A stretch of DNA of 64,000 bases from Ginglymostoma cirratum (taxonomy: Eukaryota), in assembly GCA_024137785.1 (NCBI GenBank), contig JAHRHZ010000013.1, positions 11,434,425 through 11,498,424 on the forward strand, given 5' to 3'. Positions 13,160 through 26,379 of this stretch are shown one piece after another (within the stretch, counting starts at the first letter, position 1; each line of letters begins with the position of its first letter). The notes beneath the pieces are model-generated. The model was given only the letters and a program-made list of their open reading frames with translations. It had not been told where the DNA came from and did not search any database. A program made the translations under genes and the position numbers.

Positions 13160-13690
13160 CCTTTAAATCAAGAACAATATTCGATTTCCCTTCGTAATTA
13201 CTGACTCTATGTGCACACATGCTTTTTGTGATTCATGTACAAAAACATCCAGATTCTTCTGTACTACAGCATTCTGTTGTCTGTCATCATGTAAGAAACA
13301 TCCTGCTTTCCAATCTTCCAAAGTGAACAACCTCACTTATTGCCACATGATACTCCATCTGCCTTTTGTTTTAGGTCTATTAATTTGACCAATCTATACT
13401 CCTTGCAAACTCTTTTTATCCTCCTCACAACTTGCTTTCCTACCTACCTTTGTATCATCAGCAAATTTGGTGATAATACAGTCAGCCTCTTCATTCAAGT
13501 CATTAATATGGATCATAAAAGCTTGTGGTCCCAGTGCTGCTGGGAACCCTGTGGCAATTCATTAATTATAGTTCGCCATTTTGCAAAGGACCTAATTATC
13601 CTGACTGCCTGTTTCCTGTTAATTACCTCTATCCATAAAAATGTATCAACCCAAATGAACTTCTTAACTTCAGCAATGGCATTTTATAAA
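13160..13690 (-). mobile_element. CR1 reverse-transcriptase fragment
   Basis: Minus-strand GFPAA, YIND and KFADDTKVG motifs (tgtatcatcagcaaattt on +). Confidence 0.8.
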
Positions 13691-14465
13691 AGACCACTAA
13701 ACATAGGAGCAGAAGTAGGCCATTCCGTCCATTGAGTCTGCTTCAACCAATAAATACGATCATGGCTGATCTCATCATCTTCAACACCACTTTCCTACCT
13801 TTTCCATATAACCGTTGATTCCCTTACTGATTAAAACTCTGTCTACTTCAGCCTTGAATATACCTAATGACCAAACATCAATAGTCCTCTGAAATAAAGA
13901 AGTCCTCGGATTCACTACCCTTAAGAGAAGAAATTCCTCCACATTTCTTTCTTAAACATGAGACCTCTTATCCTAAGATTATGTCCTCTTGTATAAGGAG
14001 AAACAACTTCCTAACATCTAGCCTGCCAAGTCTCCCTAGAATCTTGTATGTTTCAATAAGGTCACAACTCAATCTTCTATATTCCAATGAGGACAGGCCC
14101 AATTTACTTCATAAGACAGTCCATCTATACCTAGATTCAACCAAGTGAACCTGCTCTGGACTGCCTCTAATGCCAGAATCTTTCATTAGATAAGGGAACC
14201 AAAACTGTTTGCCACATTCCAGTTGTGATCTGACTAGTGCCTTCTTTAGTTTTAACAAAACCCTCCTCCTTTTCTACTCCATTCCTTTTGAAATAAAGGC
14301 TAACATTCCATTTGTCTTCCCTATCACCCACTGAACCTGGAAGCTAGCGTTTTGTGATTCTTGGACGAGGACTCCCAAGTTCTGCTATTCTGTAGTTTTC
14401 CCCGGTCTTTCTCCATTTAAATCATAATCAGCTCCTCCATTCTTCATGCCAAACTGAATCTCAAA
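13691..14465 (-). mobile_element. CR1 3' portion (ORF2 C-terminus and 3' UTR)
   Basis: Begins with the reverse-complement tail cataggagcagaagtaggccatt and is antisense-similar to 150-752. Confidence 0.9.
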
Positions 14466-14559
14466 TTTTCTCAGAATCCTCTTCCTTCCGCTATGTAATT
14501 CTAAACCGTCTATACAGTTCTAGCTATTAGACCCACACCAGAACAGTTCAGATGAAGGT

Positions 14560-14958
14560 GGTCCCAACAGCCAGTTTACTCATCTTCCCTGCAGTCCTTG
14601 CTCTCATCATGAAACTCAAGCACATTGACCAATTGCAAAGGCTCAGGCTCCTCAAGTATTACCTTGCAGATTCCTTTATCTGACTCAGCTGCAGTCACAT
14701 CTTGGTCTCCCTAATCACAGAAGAAATCTGATGTACCTAACCAAAGAGGTGGGACTGCCTCCTGGTAACATAATGTTCAAGTAACTTTTTGCCACCTTGA
14801 AGCATTGGAATGTTCAAAGTTCAGACTCCACCTCATCAGCTTGAAGCTGAAGTTCCTTGAATGACGGACATTTACTATAGATGTCATTGCCATGGACCAT
14901 ACTGATGTCTACTACATCCTGTATGCTACAGCAGCAATGCATCACCTGTCCTGCTATC
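14560..14958 (-). mobile_element. CR1 ORF1 N-terminal (zinc-finger/leucine-zipper) remnant
   Basis: Minus strand reads AGQVMHCCCS...DISMVHGNDIYSKC...ELQLQADEVESEL. Confidence 0.7.
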
Positions 14959-17022
14959 TTTACTGTATTTAATATGAATAATTAGCTTTCTAGTTTTGAA
15001 ATTTCACTCAACTATTATCTGTATTTATACCAAACAGTTTAATCAATTAAACTACAAATTCAATGCAATACTTGCATCTCCTCAATACCAGTTTAAACAA
15101 CTGCCTGTGTTTTAAAGGCATGCAATCTTAAAAACTTATCGAATAATCACCAACCTGCTCACTAATTAAAACCTTGAACATTCTCCAATTTCTCAAGGCT
15201 AAAAAAAACATAAGCAGCTGCATTTCCTTTCCTTTCCAGCAAATTCCCCACTTGCACTAAATTTCCAGGTTAGCATGTATATCTCTTTGTATTCAGGGCT
15301 CGTCATGCTCTGCACTCCCACATGTGTCAACTCATGTTGCAATGTTCCAAAGCAACCTCAAGTGAAGTGAAGATGCAATTTGGAATGGTCTGTGCCTTAA
15401 GGTACCAAAACTCCAGAGTTAAAAGTCAAGAGGCTACAGTTTCAGAGTCTTCTTTGGTTATGAAAATTTTATTCACAGGACTGTATTGATACAATGGTGA
15501 CCTCACTAAATTATCTTATTACCAATGCACACCAATACCTTACACGTGAGCTTCTATTTCCTTCATCAACATCCGGTGACATTTTTTAGGATTGAGTTTT
15601 TTAAACATTTAAACAACTCATAACAGACAGCACAAATTGTAAACTTAATCTGAACGTTCACCACTTTAAACAAAACATATATCTATTTGAACTTGTGGAA
15701 AAAATGTGAATGGCAATTTTTCCATCGAATGAGTTACAATTCATATTTTAATTGTATCCTATGTTGGAAAATATAAAGAAACACAAGCTTAATTTATTTC
15801 CATTCAATTTCCTCCCCTTTTCACACAAATGCATCATTTATTACTGGAACACAATCCATCACTGGAAGTCTTGGGTTCTGCCCAAATCACCATTGTTTAT
15901 ACGTACTTCTAACTAGTGAGTATGGACCTTTTTTTTGGTAATGGGCAATATCATCCTGACCGAATTCAATTCTGTCCTCCTTTGATGACTACATACACAG
16001 ACATTTCAGCTGAGGTTATTAGACTACAATTATGTTTCATGAAAATGAACATATATTGAAAATGGGGGATTATTCAGGGCTGGAAAACAATTCCTTTCTG
16101 GAATGCTTAAAATATCTTTAAAAGATGAAGTGATTGTCAGAATTTGCCTGTAAGGCAAGCGTTATATTCTGTGAGGTCATACCTCATGCGGGCTCCACCA
16201 CTAATTAGTATGGGACAGTGATCAATAGAGGGCTGTTGTTAGCATTGTGGGTTCACTATTGACTCAGGAAACCAGTGGTTCCATGGTTTAAACTGAGGCC
16301 AAAGAGGACATGGAGCACTGCCCTTCACTCTTTACAAGCCATCAAGCTGCACTCATCTCATTAATTATCGCAGTCTGACTGACAGCAACCATTATGATGC
16401 TTAGATTTCAAACATGTCAAGGATAAAGGAAGGTCAAAGCAAGCATGCTGAAAGAAGGTACAATTATGCTTTATAACCTTTCTAACGCTAAACATAATAT
16501 GATTGTCCCATCATCTGCAAGACAGCAAAGGAAATAACTTCCCTGTTACTGTTAATTGAATGTGTTCAGTAGTAGTTTTCTGGTCATACAGAATTTCATT
16601 GTCACTGAAAGAAGAGACATGCTGTTGAAGCTTTTCATCATGCACTCAACAGGACAGATACAAGAATACCATATTTCAAAGAGGAAAACAATTTGTGCTG
16701 CATGAGAAACAGGGTGATGATTGATATTCCAGTTGGCTCTGATTAGTTGAGACACTCCCTTGCCAACTGCAGAAAGGAGCTGCTGTTCCCATACTTTTGA
16801 TTATTCAAAATAGCTGCAAAGCCAGAACATGTTCTTTTTGCCTGCAGACAGCAGGTCCCTGCATATGAATATGCACAGATATATGAATATATGCAGCTTC
16901 TACAAAATAAGGGACATACATTGCAAGCATAACTGATAGTCTAAAATCGATTGTTAGCGTGCTTGGGATTATTCAGTAAATCCTTCCAAATCCTTCCATT
17001 TACAGCCATGGCCAATCATTGT

Positions 17023-17104
17023 GCAGTCGTGGCAGAGTGGTTAAGGTGAAGGACTCAAAATCCATTGGGGCTACCCTGGATAGATTCAAGTCCTGCCAAG
17101 TACA
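17023..17104 (+). pseudogene. tRNA-Ser-derived pseudogene with anticodon position reading CAA
   Basis: gcagtcgtggcagagtggttaaggtgaaggactCAAaatccattgggg...tcctgccaagtaca aligns end to end with the vertebrate tRNA-Ser body (GTAGTCGTGGCCGAGTGGTTAAGGCGATGGACTnGAAATCCATTGGGG...). Acceptor stem has three mismatches and the B-box is mutated. Confidence 0.85.
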
Positions 17105-17210
17105 GCTTTGGTCAGCACCTTAGGGCAGACAGGAAGAGAGCTTCATTCTACATCCTCTTTGCTGGGGGATCAGTCACAGGTTTTGAGGAGAAGTTGAGAA
17201 AGATATTTCT

Positions 17211-17532
17211 GGGCAGCATGGTGGCTCAGTGGTTAGGAGTGCTGCCTGACAGTGCCAGAGACCTGGGTTCGACTCCATCATTAGATGACTATCTGTGTGG
17301 AGTTCGTAATTCTCCCCCATGTCAGCATGAGTTTCCTCTGGGTGTCCAATTTTCCCCCACAGTTCAAAGTTGTGCAGGTTAAGCAGATTGGCCATAGTGT
17401 CAAGGGATGTCCGGGCTAGGTGGATTTGCCATGGGAAATGCAGTGTTACAGGGATGGAGTGGGTCTGGGCGGTTGAGTCAGTGTGAACTTGACGGGCCAA
17501 ATGACCTTCTTCCCAACTGTAGGAATTCTATG
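17211..17532 (+). mobile_element. HE1-type V-SINE
   Basis: tRNA-derived head (ggtggctcagtggttag, gggttcgactcc), V-domain (ctgtgtggagtt...cccacagttcaaag) and a CR1/HER1-like 3' tail. Confidence 0.9.
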
Positions 17533-18349
17533 GAAATAGAGGATCACATCTAATGTTTGTCATTATATACTGAGATTTGCCAGCACAATTTGGTTGAGTA
17601 CAGTCAATTGTGAGCAGCTGAAGGCACATACTGTTTGATCCAATTTGTCATGTGCAGTGAGGTTGGACAGGCTCAAACCCAGTTCTCAATTGATGTGAAC
17701 TTACAGCATCCTTTATTTGACACTAGATTGACAATCATTCTGAGAACATGTTAGAATGATGTGAGAAATGAAACTAATGTACTGGTGGGATTGGTAGTTG
17801 GGCTTTTGAAAATGGGACTGAGGTACAATATTAGGACAATTTAGTTGAAGCTTTGTCCTGTAATCTGGTCTGCATTCTCTCAGTTGTAAAGCTGGCATGG
17901 GATTCTTTAAAAGTGACTCATTTTTTAGCACCAACCCCCTCCTTATGATGAGTAGAAAATGGAATTGTTTAAATTTGAGGAGCTTTCATTGTCCCATTCT
18001 GATACAGTCACCACCATAACTACTTCTGTTATGACCAATAACGAGTGTCACATTTTGTCATTTGGACGTAAAAGGTCAATCATGTGTGAATCTGGGCACA
18101 GAATGTCCTACACACATTCTAACAGGCTGGTGTCAGAGCCACGGAAAGTGGTCGTTAATATGGTGCCATGTGCTGACCTCTGAGCACCAAATGGGGATCC
18201 AAAAGAAACTCATGGATTTAAAGAGGATTGAGAGTGGCATTCCTGCCTCTGAGTAAGAAGGCTATATGCTCAAGTCTCCTGTTTCAGAGGGCTTGTGTGC
18301 CTTTTAAGGTGGATGTGAAATATCCCCAGCACAATTTTGCAGTCAAGGC

Positions 18350-19720
18350 AGGGAGTAAGAACATTCGCATTTACAAGCCATTTGGCTTGTTGTGTCTGGC
18401 TTGCTGCATGACAGCGACTCAGCCACTCCCACCCCCCTGAGGCACTACAAGTTTATTCTCTATAGAATACCATTCAATTCCATTTTTAAAAAAAAATCCA
18501 TGATTCAGTCTGCATCCACTACATTGTCAGGCAATGTATTCCGGATTGCATCAACTTGCTACATAATTGATTCTTCCAATTCAACTGCCATTCAACTTAA
18601 ACTGAAATCCTCCCAGTTCTCAATTCTTCCACTAATGAGAACAGTTTCCCTTTATCTACTAAGGTCAGATCGCTCGTGATTTTGATAATCTCTCTCAAAT
18701 TTTGTCTCAACCTTTTCTTCTCCATGGGGAACAATCCCATCAAACTATCCATGTAACTGAAAGCCTGTCAACCCTAGAGCAATTCTTATAAATCTTTACT
18801 TCGCTATCCCACTAACTCAAATGCTCTAATATTCTTCCGGAAGTGCAGTGCCCAGAATTGGACGCAATATTCCAGTTGAGAATAAACCAATATTTTATAC
18901 AGGTGTATTGTAACTTTGTTGCTTGTATACTCTATGCTCCTATTTATAAATTGCAAGATCCCATACATCTTTTCAAACACTTTCCTAGTCTGCCCATCTA
19001 CCTTCAGTGATTCATGTACATAATCTCCCAGGTTCCACTGCTTCTTCCCTCATTTCAGAATTGTGTTGCTCATTTCAGTTTTCATCTGCTCATTCTTTTG
19101 GCTAAAATGTATCGTTTCATTATTATCTGCTTTATTTTTCTCCATCAAGCATCCACCCATTCCACCAGGCTGTTCTTGTCCTCTTGAAGTCTCCTCTCCT
19201 CACAGTTCACAACTCATTCACAAATTGCAAAATTCTGCATAGCCAAGCCTAGGTCATTAATAAAAACCAAGAAAGGCTTGGTGCCAGCACCAATCCATTA
19301 GAAACTCCACTGAGTAACATACTCCAGTTTGAAAAGCAACAATTCACTACTTTCTGTTTCCTTACACACAACTGACTGTATCCATATTGCCACAGTACAC
19401 CTTATTTCAGAGATTTTAGTATTGCTTCCAGGCCTGTTATGTGGAACTTCATCAAATGCTTTTAGCAAGTATGCACCAAATGAAGTGCACTACCCAATAC
19501 AAACCTCCCTGGCTACTCATCAAGAAAAATTAAATCAAGTCCTTCTGCAAATCCATGTTGGCGTTCATTAATATGTATCCAAGCGCCACATTATCATTTC
19601 TGAAAGACTCCCCAGCAGCAGGGTTTTACTGACTGACCTGTTATGGTTTAGTTTATCTTTACATACATTTTTGAACAACAGTGTAACATTTGCTTCATTC
19701 TCCAGTCCTCTGGCACTAAC
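18350..19720 (-). mobile_element. Old CR1 LINE (RT region to 3' end), heavily decayed
   Basis: gcccagaattggacgcaatattccagttgag (antisense LEYCVQFWA) and ggaacttcatcaaatgctttt (antisense KAFDEVP). Confidence 0.8.
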
Positions 19721-20332
19721 ATTGTTTATAAGAAGGACTGGAAGATTAGGGCTAGGGAACATGACACTCCATAAACTCCAGCTCAATTGGTCACCGGTGT
19801 TCAGCGTACAGAGCGAAACTGGGTGGAAAGAAATGGAGTTATTGTTTTATTGCTCAAGCTCAATTAGGGGGTAACTTTGACAGCTATCTGAGATCGGGAT
19901 ATTGAATAAAGCATACTTCTGGTGCATCAGAGCAAATCTCCTTTGTTCTAGGCTTGGGAGAGACATTATCACCTTAAAGAATGTGGTGCGACTGGCTCAG
20001 TTTTTATTCGACTGAGAGTTTCCCTTTAGAATTTGAAGTCAGATATTTAAAACCCAGAAAGCTTCAGTCACAATTTTACTGATTTTCTTAAAGATTTTTT
20101 CAATTTAAATAGGGGAAGTTGTAAGATCCCACAAGTGGCATTTGAAAGCTTAGTGAAATAAGAAGTAAAGACTGGTCAGTTTGATATTCCTGTCTGAAGG
20201 AAAACCACACTCTCCACATTACCAGAAGTGTTAGGGGCCACTTTCTCCATGTAATGTGGCCAGTGGGAATTACAAGATCATATTTACTAAGTTTTCTTAA
20301 ATGACATTTTCTGCATCATAATATCACAATAC

Positions 20333-20651
20333 TTAGAATCCCTACAATGTGGAAACAGGCCATTCAGCCCAACAAGTCCACAATGACCCTCAGAGCTTCC
20401 TACCCAGACCCATCCCCCTATAGCCCACCTCATCTACACATCCCTGACCACTATGGGCAATTTAGCATGGCCAATCCACCTAGCCTGCACATCTTTGGAT
20501 TGTGGGAGGAAATCAGAGCACCCAGAGGAAACCCACGCTGATGCAGGGAGAACGTGCAAACTCCACACAGCCAGTCACCTGAAGGTGGAACCAAACCTGG
20601 GACCCTGGTGCTGTGAGGCAGCAGTGCTAACCACTGAGCCACCATGCCCCC
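20333..20651 (-). mobile_element. HE1-type V-SINE
   Basis: Reverse complement of the HE1 layout (gtgctaaccactgagccacc, aaactccacacag, tggaaacaggccattcagccc). Confidence 0.92.
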
Positions 20652-20789
20652 CTAAAATGTGGTATGTTCCAGAATTATTGTTGGAAATGCACTGGACTTG
20701 TTTTAAATTCTGTGCTTCCCTACAAGTGTTGTAAAGGTAGCTTTGGTCTCAAAGGAGCCATCCTTCCAGTCTAAATTTGCCTTTAACTA

Positions 20790-21058
20790 AGCCTGGCACA
20801 GGTGGTGATCTTATCCATTTGGGCCTCAACTCTAGAATTCCTCTCCTGAACCCTGCCATCTCTCCATCTTCCTCGTCATTCCATCTATTTCTATCGCTGT
20901 ATCTTTCTCTACTGTTTTGAGGTCTACTTAAAACCCAACTCTTTCACCAAGCTTTTGGTCATCCCATCTAATAACACCTTCTCTGGACTTGGTGTTTGTT
21001 TTATCTGATTCTGCCTCTGTGAAATTTCCTACATTAAAGGTGCTATATAAATACAAAA
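20790..21058 (+). mobile_element. L2-type LINE 3' end
   Basis: ctagaattcctctcct...cttaaaaccca...ccaagcttttggtca...cattaaaggtgctatataaataca tail. Confidence 0.7.
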
Positions 21059-21727
21059 TTATGACTTTTTAAATTGAATTTGATGGCGTCAAAGTAGGAT
21101 TATGCATTAAGACCGTACATTAAATAAAACTCCATTTTTGGCTATTGCCTTGACAGACCAAGAGAGGTCACTAGAACATTCAATGATCTTCGATACTTTT
21201 GGACATTCAGATAACATTGACAGCTCCACCCTGACCTGTTGCCAGTCAATGAGAAAGAAAATTGAACAGATGATCAGATACTTGTTTAATACTTGGTAAA
21301 TACAAACTGATAGCATTCCTTGTGCTACATAAAGACCAAGAGATATAGAGATAATTGCAATGGCAATGACAGCGCTGTATTCATTTTTAGTTACTGCTCT
21401 TCATAAAACTGAGCTCTGTTACTCCTTCTCTGTTGGACCAGAACCTGCAGAAGCAATTCTCATTGGTCACTGTCAAGAATTCTACCTGAACCCATCATTG
21501 TAATTGATGACAAAATGGTGCTGATGGTCAGACCAACTTGCTTGACATCCAACATTCTTGATCAATCCTCTTTTGTTTTCCTTTATAACCTTTTATTACA
21601 TGCAAGGAAAGGGGGAACATTGAAAATTACTTCCTGTGAGTTGAAAATGTGAAACAATGACAAGAAATAAAAGTAGTGGTTTTACAAGGCTCTGCTGCTG
21701 ATGATGCATAGCCTCATTAGAGAAAAA

Positions 21728-22522
21728 GGTTTACTCATAGAGACCAACTCATCAATTCAGACCAGATATATTAATCTAGTCCCATTGCCAGCATTTGGCC
21801 CATATCCCTCTAAACCCTTCCTATTCATGTACCCATCCGGATGCCTTTTAAATGTTGTTGTTGTACCTACCTCCACTACTTCCTCTGGCAACTTATTCCA
21901 TACACGCACCACCCTCTGTGTGAAAAGCTTGCCCGTTAGGTCCCTTTTAAATCTTTCCCCTCTCACCTTCAACCTATGCCCTCTAGTTCTGGGCTCCCCC
22001 ACCCTGGGAAAAGACCTTGACTCTGCACTCTATCCATGCCCCTCATGATTTTATAAGCTTCTATAACATCACCCCTCAGCCTCCGATGCTCCAGGGAAAT
22101 AGCCCCAACCTATTCAGTCTCTCCCTCTAGCTCAAACCCTCCAACTCTGGCAACATCCTTGTAAATCTTTTTTGAACCCTTTCAAGTTTCACAAAATCTT
22201 TCCAATGACACGGAGACCAGAGTTAAATGCAGTATTCCAAAAGTGGTCTAACCAATGTCTTGTAAAGCCACAACACAATCTCCCAACTCCTATACTCAAT
22301 GTACTGACCAATAAAGACAAGCATACCAAATGCCTTCTTCACTATCCTGTCTATCTGCGACTCTATTTTCAAAGAACTATGAACCTGCCCTCCAAGGTTT
22401 CTTTGTTCGACAACACTCCCCAGGTCCTTACCAATAATTGTATAAATCCTGCCCTGATTTGCCCTACCAAAATGTAGCACATCACATTCATCTAGAGTAA
22501 ACTTCATCTGCCACTCTTTGGT
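21728..22522 (-). mobile_element. Relatively young CR1/HER1 3' portion
   Basis: ORFs 22223-22507 and 21757-22002 give CR1 ORF2 C-terminal peptides (KCEVLHFGR-like, LYKTLVRPLLEYC, RTRGHRLKVRGERF, FTQRVVRVWNKLP). Confidence 0.95.
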
Positions 22523-22972
22523 TCATTAGTTTTAAAATAGTCATGGCAAAGGATAGTCCTGATCTAAAAGTGAAAGTTTTTATTTGGAGGAAGGCTAATT
22601 TCAATGGTGTTACGCAAAAACTTTCAAAATTTGATTGGGGGTGGATATTCACAGGTAAAGGGACAGCTGGAAAGTGGGAAGCTTTCAAAAATAAGATGAC
22701 AAGAGTCCAGAGACAATATGTTCCTGTTAGGGTGAGGAGCAAAGCTGATAGGTGTAGGGAATGCTGGATGACTAGCGAAGTTGAGGCTCTGGTCAAGAAA
22801 AAGAAGGAAGCATATGTCAGGTATAGACAGCAGGGATCTAGTGGATCACTAAAGGAATATAAGGGCAGTTAGGAGCATACTTAAGAAGGAAATCAGAAAG
22901 GCTAAAAGGGGACTAAGGATAACTTTGGCAAATCGGATTAAGGAGAATCCAAAGGGTTTCTACAAAGGCATT
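22523..22972 (+). mobile_element. CR1 ORF2 endonuclease-RT linker segment, inverted relative to the adjacent copy
   Basis: ORF 22543-22872 (WRKANFNG...KWEAFK...WMTSEVEALVKKKKEAY) followed by IKENPKGFYK. Confidence 0.9.
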
Positions 22973-23514
22973 AGTTTCATGTACTCTCCCAATGTATGTC
23001 ATATTTTGAGCCCAGATGTCTAAATGTGGAAAATTACCCAGGGGACTGTCACACACCACAGTGCAGCTTCAAAACAATGTGCAGGAAATAGTAATATTTG
23101 TCAGAACGGCTGTCTATCTGTTGGAGATAATTCCATTTAGGTAGCATTTGTAGATGGTCTGGCTTGTAGCAGTAAGCTTCTTAGAACGGAATATTGCTTT
23201 TAAATTGTTGGTCCAAGTATCATAGACAAAATTTTACCTTTCCCTATCAACTGGTTTGCAGGAAGGGACAGGTAGGAATCTGTAAAGTTCCCAGTGGGTT
23301 CCACCTGACCTGACCTCTTCACAATTTTATTGTGGGCCGGTCGAGGCCTAAGCTGGCTTTCCCACTCCTGCCCTACCCAAGGCCCTTAAGAAGATTCATT
23401 GTTTCATGGCTACTTCCCAGTCAGGCTACATGTTCAGGCTGACTGCAAGAGATCAGGATGGAAAAGCCTAAAAAGTGATTCTGATCAGGCTGTGGGTGAG
23501 AAGAGAGTGGATTC

Positions 23515-24190
23515 CACGGGCATTTAATCTGTCTAGTCCTGTTAAAATTTGATACATTTCTATGAGATGCCTCCTCATTCTTCTGAACTCCAGTGAATAT
23601 AGTGCTAATCAATTTCTCATCAAGTATCAGTGCTACCAGCTGCAGAATCAGACTGGTAAATCTTTGTTGTCTTCCCTCCATAGCCAGAAAATCCTTACTC
23701 AGAAAAGGAGACCTCCAAGTGGTACACAATATCGTAGGCATTGTCATACCAAGTCCCTCTGGTATTGCAGCAAGACAATGTTCTCCAGTACTTGAATCCT
23801 CTTGCTATGAAGGCCAACATACCATTTGCCTTTATCACCCCCTGCTGCACCTACATGCTTACTTTCAGTGACTGGTGTACAAGGACACCCAGGTCTTCCT
23901 CCATTCTGAGGAAGAGTCACTCGATCCGAAACATTAACACTGATTTCTCTCTGCAGATGCTGCCAGACATGCTGAGCTTCAATTTCTACTTTTGCCTCAG
24001 ATCTTGCTACACCTCTCACTTTTCCTAATCTATCACCATTTGGATAATGATCCGCCTTCCTGTTTCTGTGGACAGAGTGGAGAACCTCACATTTGTCCAC
24101 TTTATAATTCTTCTGCCATGTATTTGCCCACTCACTCAATGTGCCCTAATCACACTGAAGCATCTCTGCATGCTCCGCACAATTCAATCT
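23515..24190 (-). mobile_element. CR1 ORF2 C-terminal fragment interrupted by a short Penelope-derived insertion
   Basis: ORF 23744-24139 begins MSEWANTWQKNYKVDKCEVLH, a CR1 motif. Confidence 0.85.
23898..23997 (+). mobile_element. Short Penelope-derived element with minimal hammerhead core
   Basis: CTGAGGA (23906-23912), imperfect stem, GAAA (23928-23931), then cagatgctgccagac. Flanked by caggtctt/cagatctt (probable TSD). Confidence 0.7.
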
Positions 24191-24344
24191 CCTTTGGGGG
24201 TAGAGCAAGAAACTTCAACATTGGAAAAATCATATCCTGAAATCTTTTTTAATTATATTAGATCTGTACAATCTTTTACTATATTTTTATATCCAAATAA
24301 TAAAAGCAAAATACTAGCCTGCTGGAAACCTGAAATCTAAACTA

Positions 24345-25090
24345 AATGTGCTTTCTACCTCATAGTCCCCAAACTCAAACAGCCCACTTCTACCTTATTT
24401 GCACAATCCATAAGAAGGACATTCCTGGTAAATCAACCATTTTAGCCTGTTTCTGCCCACTGTCTATTCTGTCTATTTTTTTCTTTCTTTGTCTAATCTC
24501 TTCACACCTACATCCACGACTCTTCTGACACCTTCTGTCATTGCAACCAATTCCTCCTTCCTGGCCCTAACTGTTTCCTCTTCCCTATGGATGTCTAATT
24601 CTCTGCATAACCATTCCCCAGTAGGATAGTCTGGGGGCTTTCTGCCTCTTCCTTGAACAGAGTTCCACAGATACATGGGAACACCACCACCTGCAAGTTT
24701 CCCTCCAAGCCACTCACCCTCCTGACTTGGAAATATATTGCTGTTCTTTCACTGTCGCTGAGTCAAAATCCTGGAATTCCGTCCCTAACGGCATTGTGGG
24801 TCAACCTACAGCACATTGACTGCAGAGGTTCAAGAGGCAGCTCACCACCACCTTCTCAAGGGCAACTAGGGATAGGCAATAGATGCTGGCCAGCCAGTGA
24901 TACCCACGTCCCACAAGTGAATAAAAGAACCAATACCCCTCACCACATTCCCACCCCCAGCAATATCCTCCTCTTTTGCTGAATTTATTCACTCATTGAA
25001 TAATTTATCCTTTAACTCGTCTCACTCACAGGGACTGAGCTGTTCGGCCATTTATAACACAGTGAACAAATACTTTGTTTACCTCACTAC
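24345..25090 (+). mobile_element. Penelope-like retroelement RT remnant, split by a LINE 3' insertion
   Basis: TAHFYLICTIHKKDIPGK (compare TARFYLLPKIHK..PGRPI), TYIHDSSD and FLFPMDV, then LNNLSFNSSH after the insertion. Confidence 0.8.
24667..24927 (+). mobile_element. LINE 3' end (same family as 1650-1975) nested in the Penelope remnant
   Basis: cagatacatgggaacaccaccacctgcaagtttccctccaagccactcacc...gggcaactagggataggcaat...gtgaataaaag. Confidence 0.85.
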
Positions 25091-26379
25091 AACCATTACC
25101 ACTCACTTTGCATTTCTTTGTTATGTATCTTGCCACTTTCTACTCTGCCCTACACGTCAGGTTTTGTTCTTCTTTCCCTTTCCAATGGTGTCTGATGGTT
25201 CCTACCTTCAGTGCTAAAGGTCCAAACTGCTTTCGCGATGAATAAATTTAGTTTCTGTTACTGGTCTCTCACACCTCTGTACAGAGCGGTCCACAGTACA
25301 AGTAGATCTCCTTATGGTCAGCAGACTTCATCTAACTGCCAAATACATAAACGCACAACATACCCTCTGTCCAATAGCCCATTGGACTGTTCAAATATCC
25401 TCTACGTACCTTAGGTGTCTCCTCCATCGCTACAGTTAGTATAAGAACAATTTCAATTTCAAGCTGTTTATCTTTCTGGGTATCTTAAAAGTGCTTTATT
25501 TGTGCAAAATGATGACTGCACAATTTTCACCTTGTTTTAAAGAGCAAGCGAATTTTATGCCACTTGTTACTTGAGCTATCTGTAGGCTTCTTACAATGAC
25601 CTTTCTTAACTTTGAAGCTCTATTCTTTCATTGGGCACAGCACAGTCAATAACATATTCATACTGCATCATCCACTGAAAGAGGTTTGCTGTCGATAACA
25701 GACACATTAACAAGTGTTGGCGACTCACTGGCTGTCACTAGTACACTACCCGAAGACACAATGAATAGTAATAGTACTTAATCAGCTGCTAGCCTAGGTG
25801 AACCTGCATTGATTAGGAAACAGTATGCCACTTGAAGCTTAACATGCGTGCCTGCAGCTTTGGAGTCTGTACAAGTATACGGCAAATATAATCAGCGTTG
25901 CATTAATCTTCTCACAAACCAATGGTAATACCTCAGGAACAAAACACTTTAATCAGCTCTCAGGAGATTTATTGAGTTTGCAGAGCCATCAAACGCCAGT
26001 GAAAAGCCATACTACAATGCCATTATCTGGAGCACTCCTGCTCAGTCAAGATCCTCCGGGGAAGCAGACTACAATGTCTGAAGAGAAATGTGACCTTACC
26101 AGTATCCTCATCAAACTGCTAAGTTCATTTCCAGTGGAAACTTATTTCATTTGTTTATTTTTGTTGTCAAGATTCTTCTACACATATAATAATAATCAAA
26201 TCTTCATAAATTAACATACAAAGGTTATGCTTTTACTGCTTTGTGATGTATCTAGCGGTCTGTGAGAAGAGGTAGGTCCAATAACACCATTTCTGATTTG
26301 ATCAAGTAATTTTGTGTAAGATCCAGATTGCCATTGTAAAAGTTGAATTTAGCATGAGAAATCAGATGTATGTGTATAA

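Noticed and set aside
16825-16836. Palindrome AGAACATGTTCT (p53 half-site or GRE-like)
   Set aside because: There is no second p53 half-site and no 3-bp spacer for a GRE.
21701-24340. Cluster of 80-130-aa ORFs
   Set aside because: They are CR1 ORF2 fragments and their antisense frames, not host genes.
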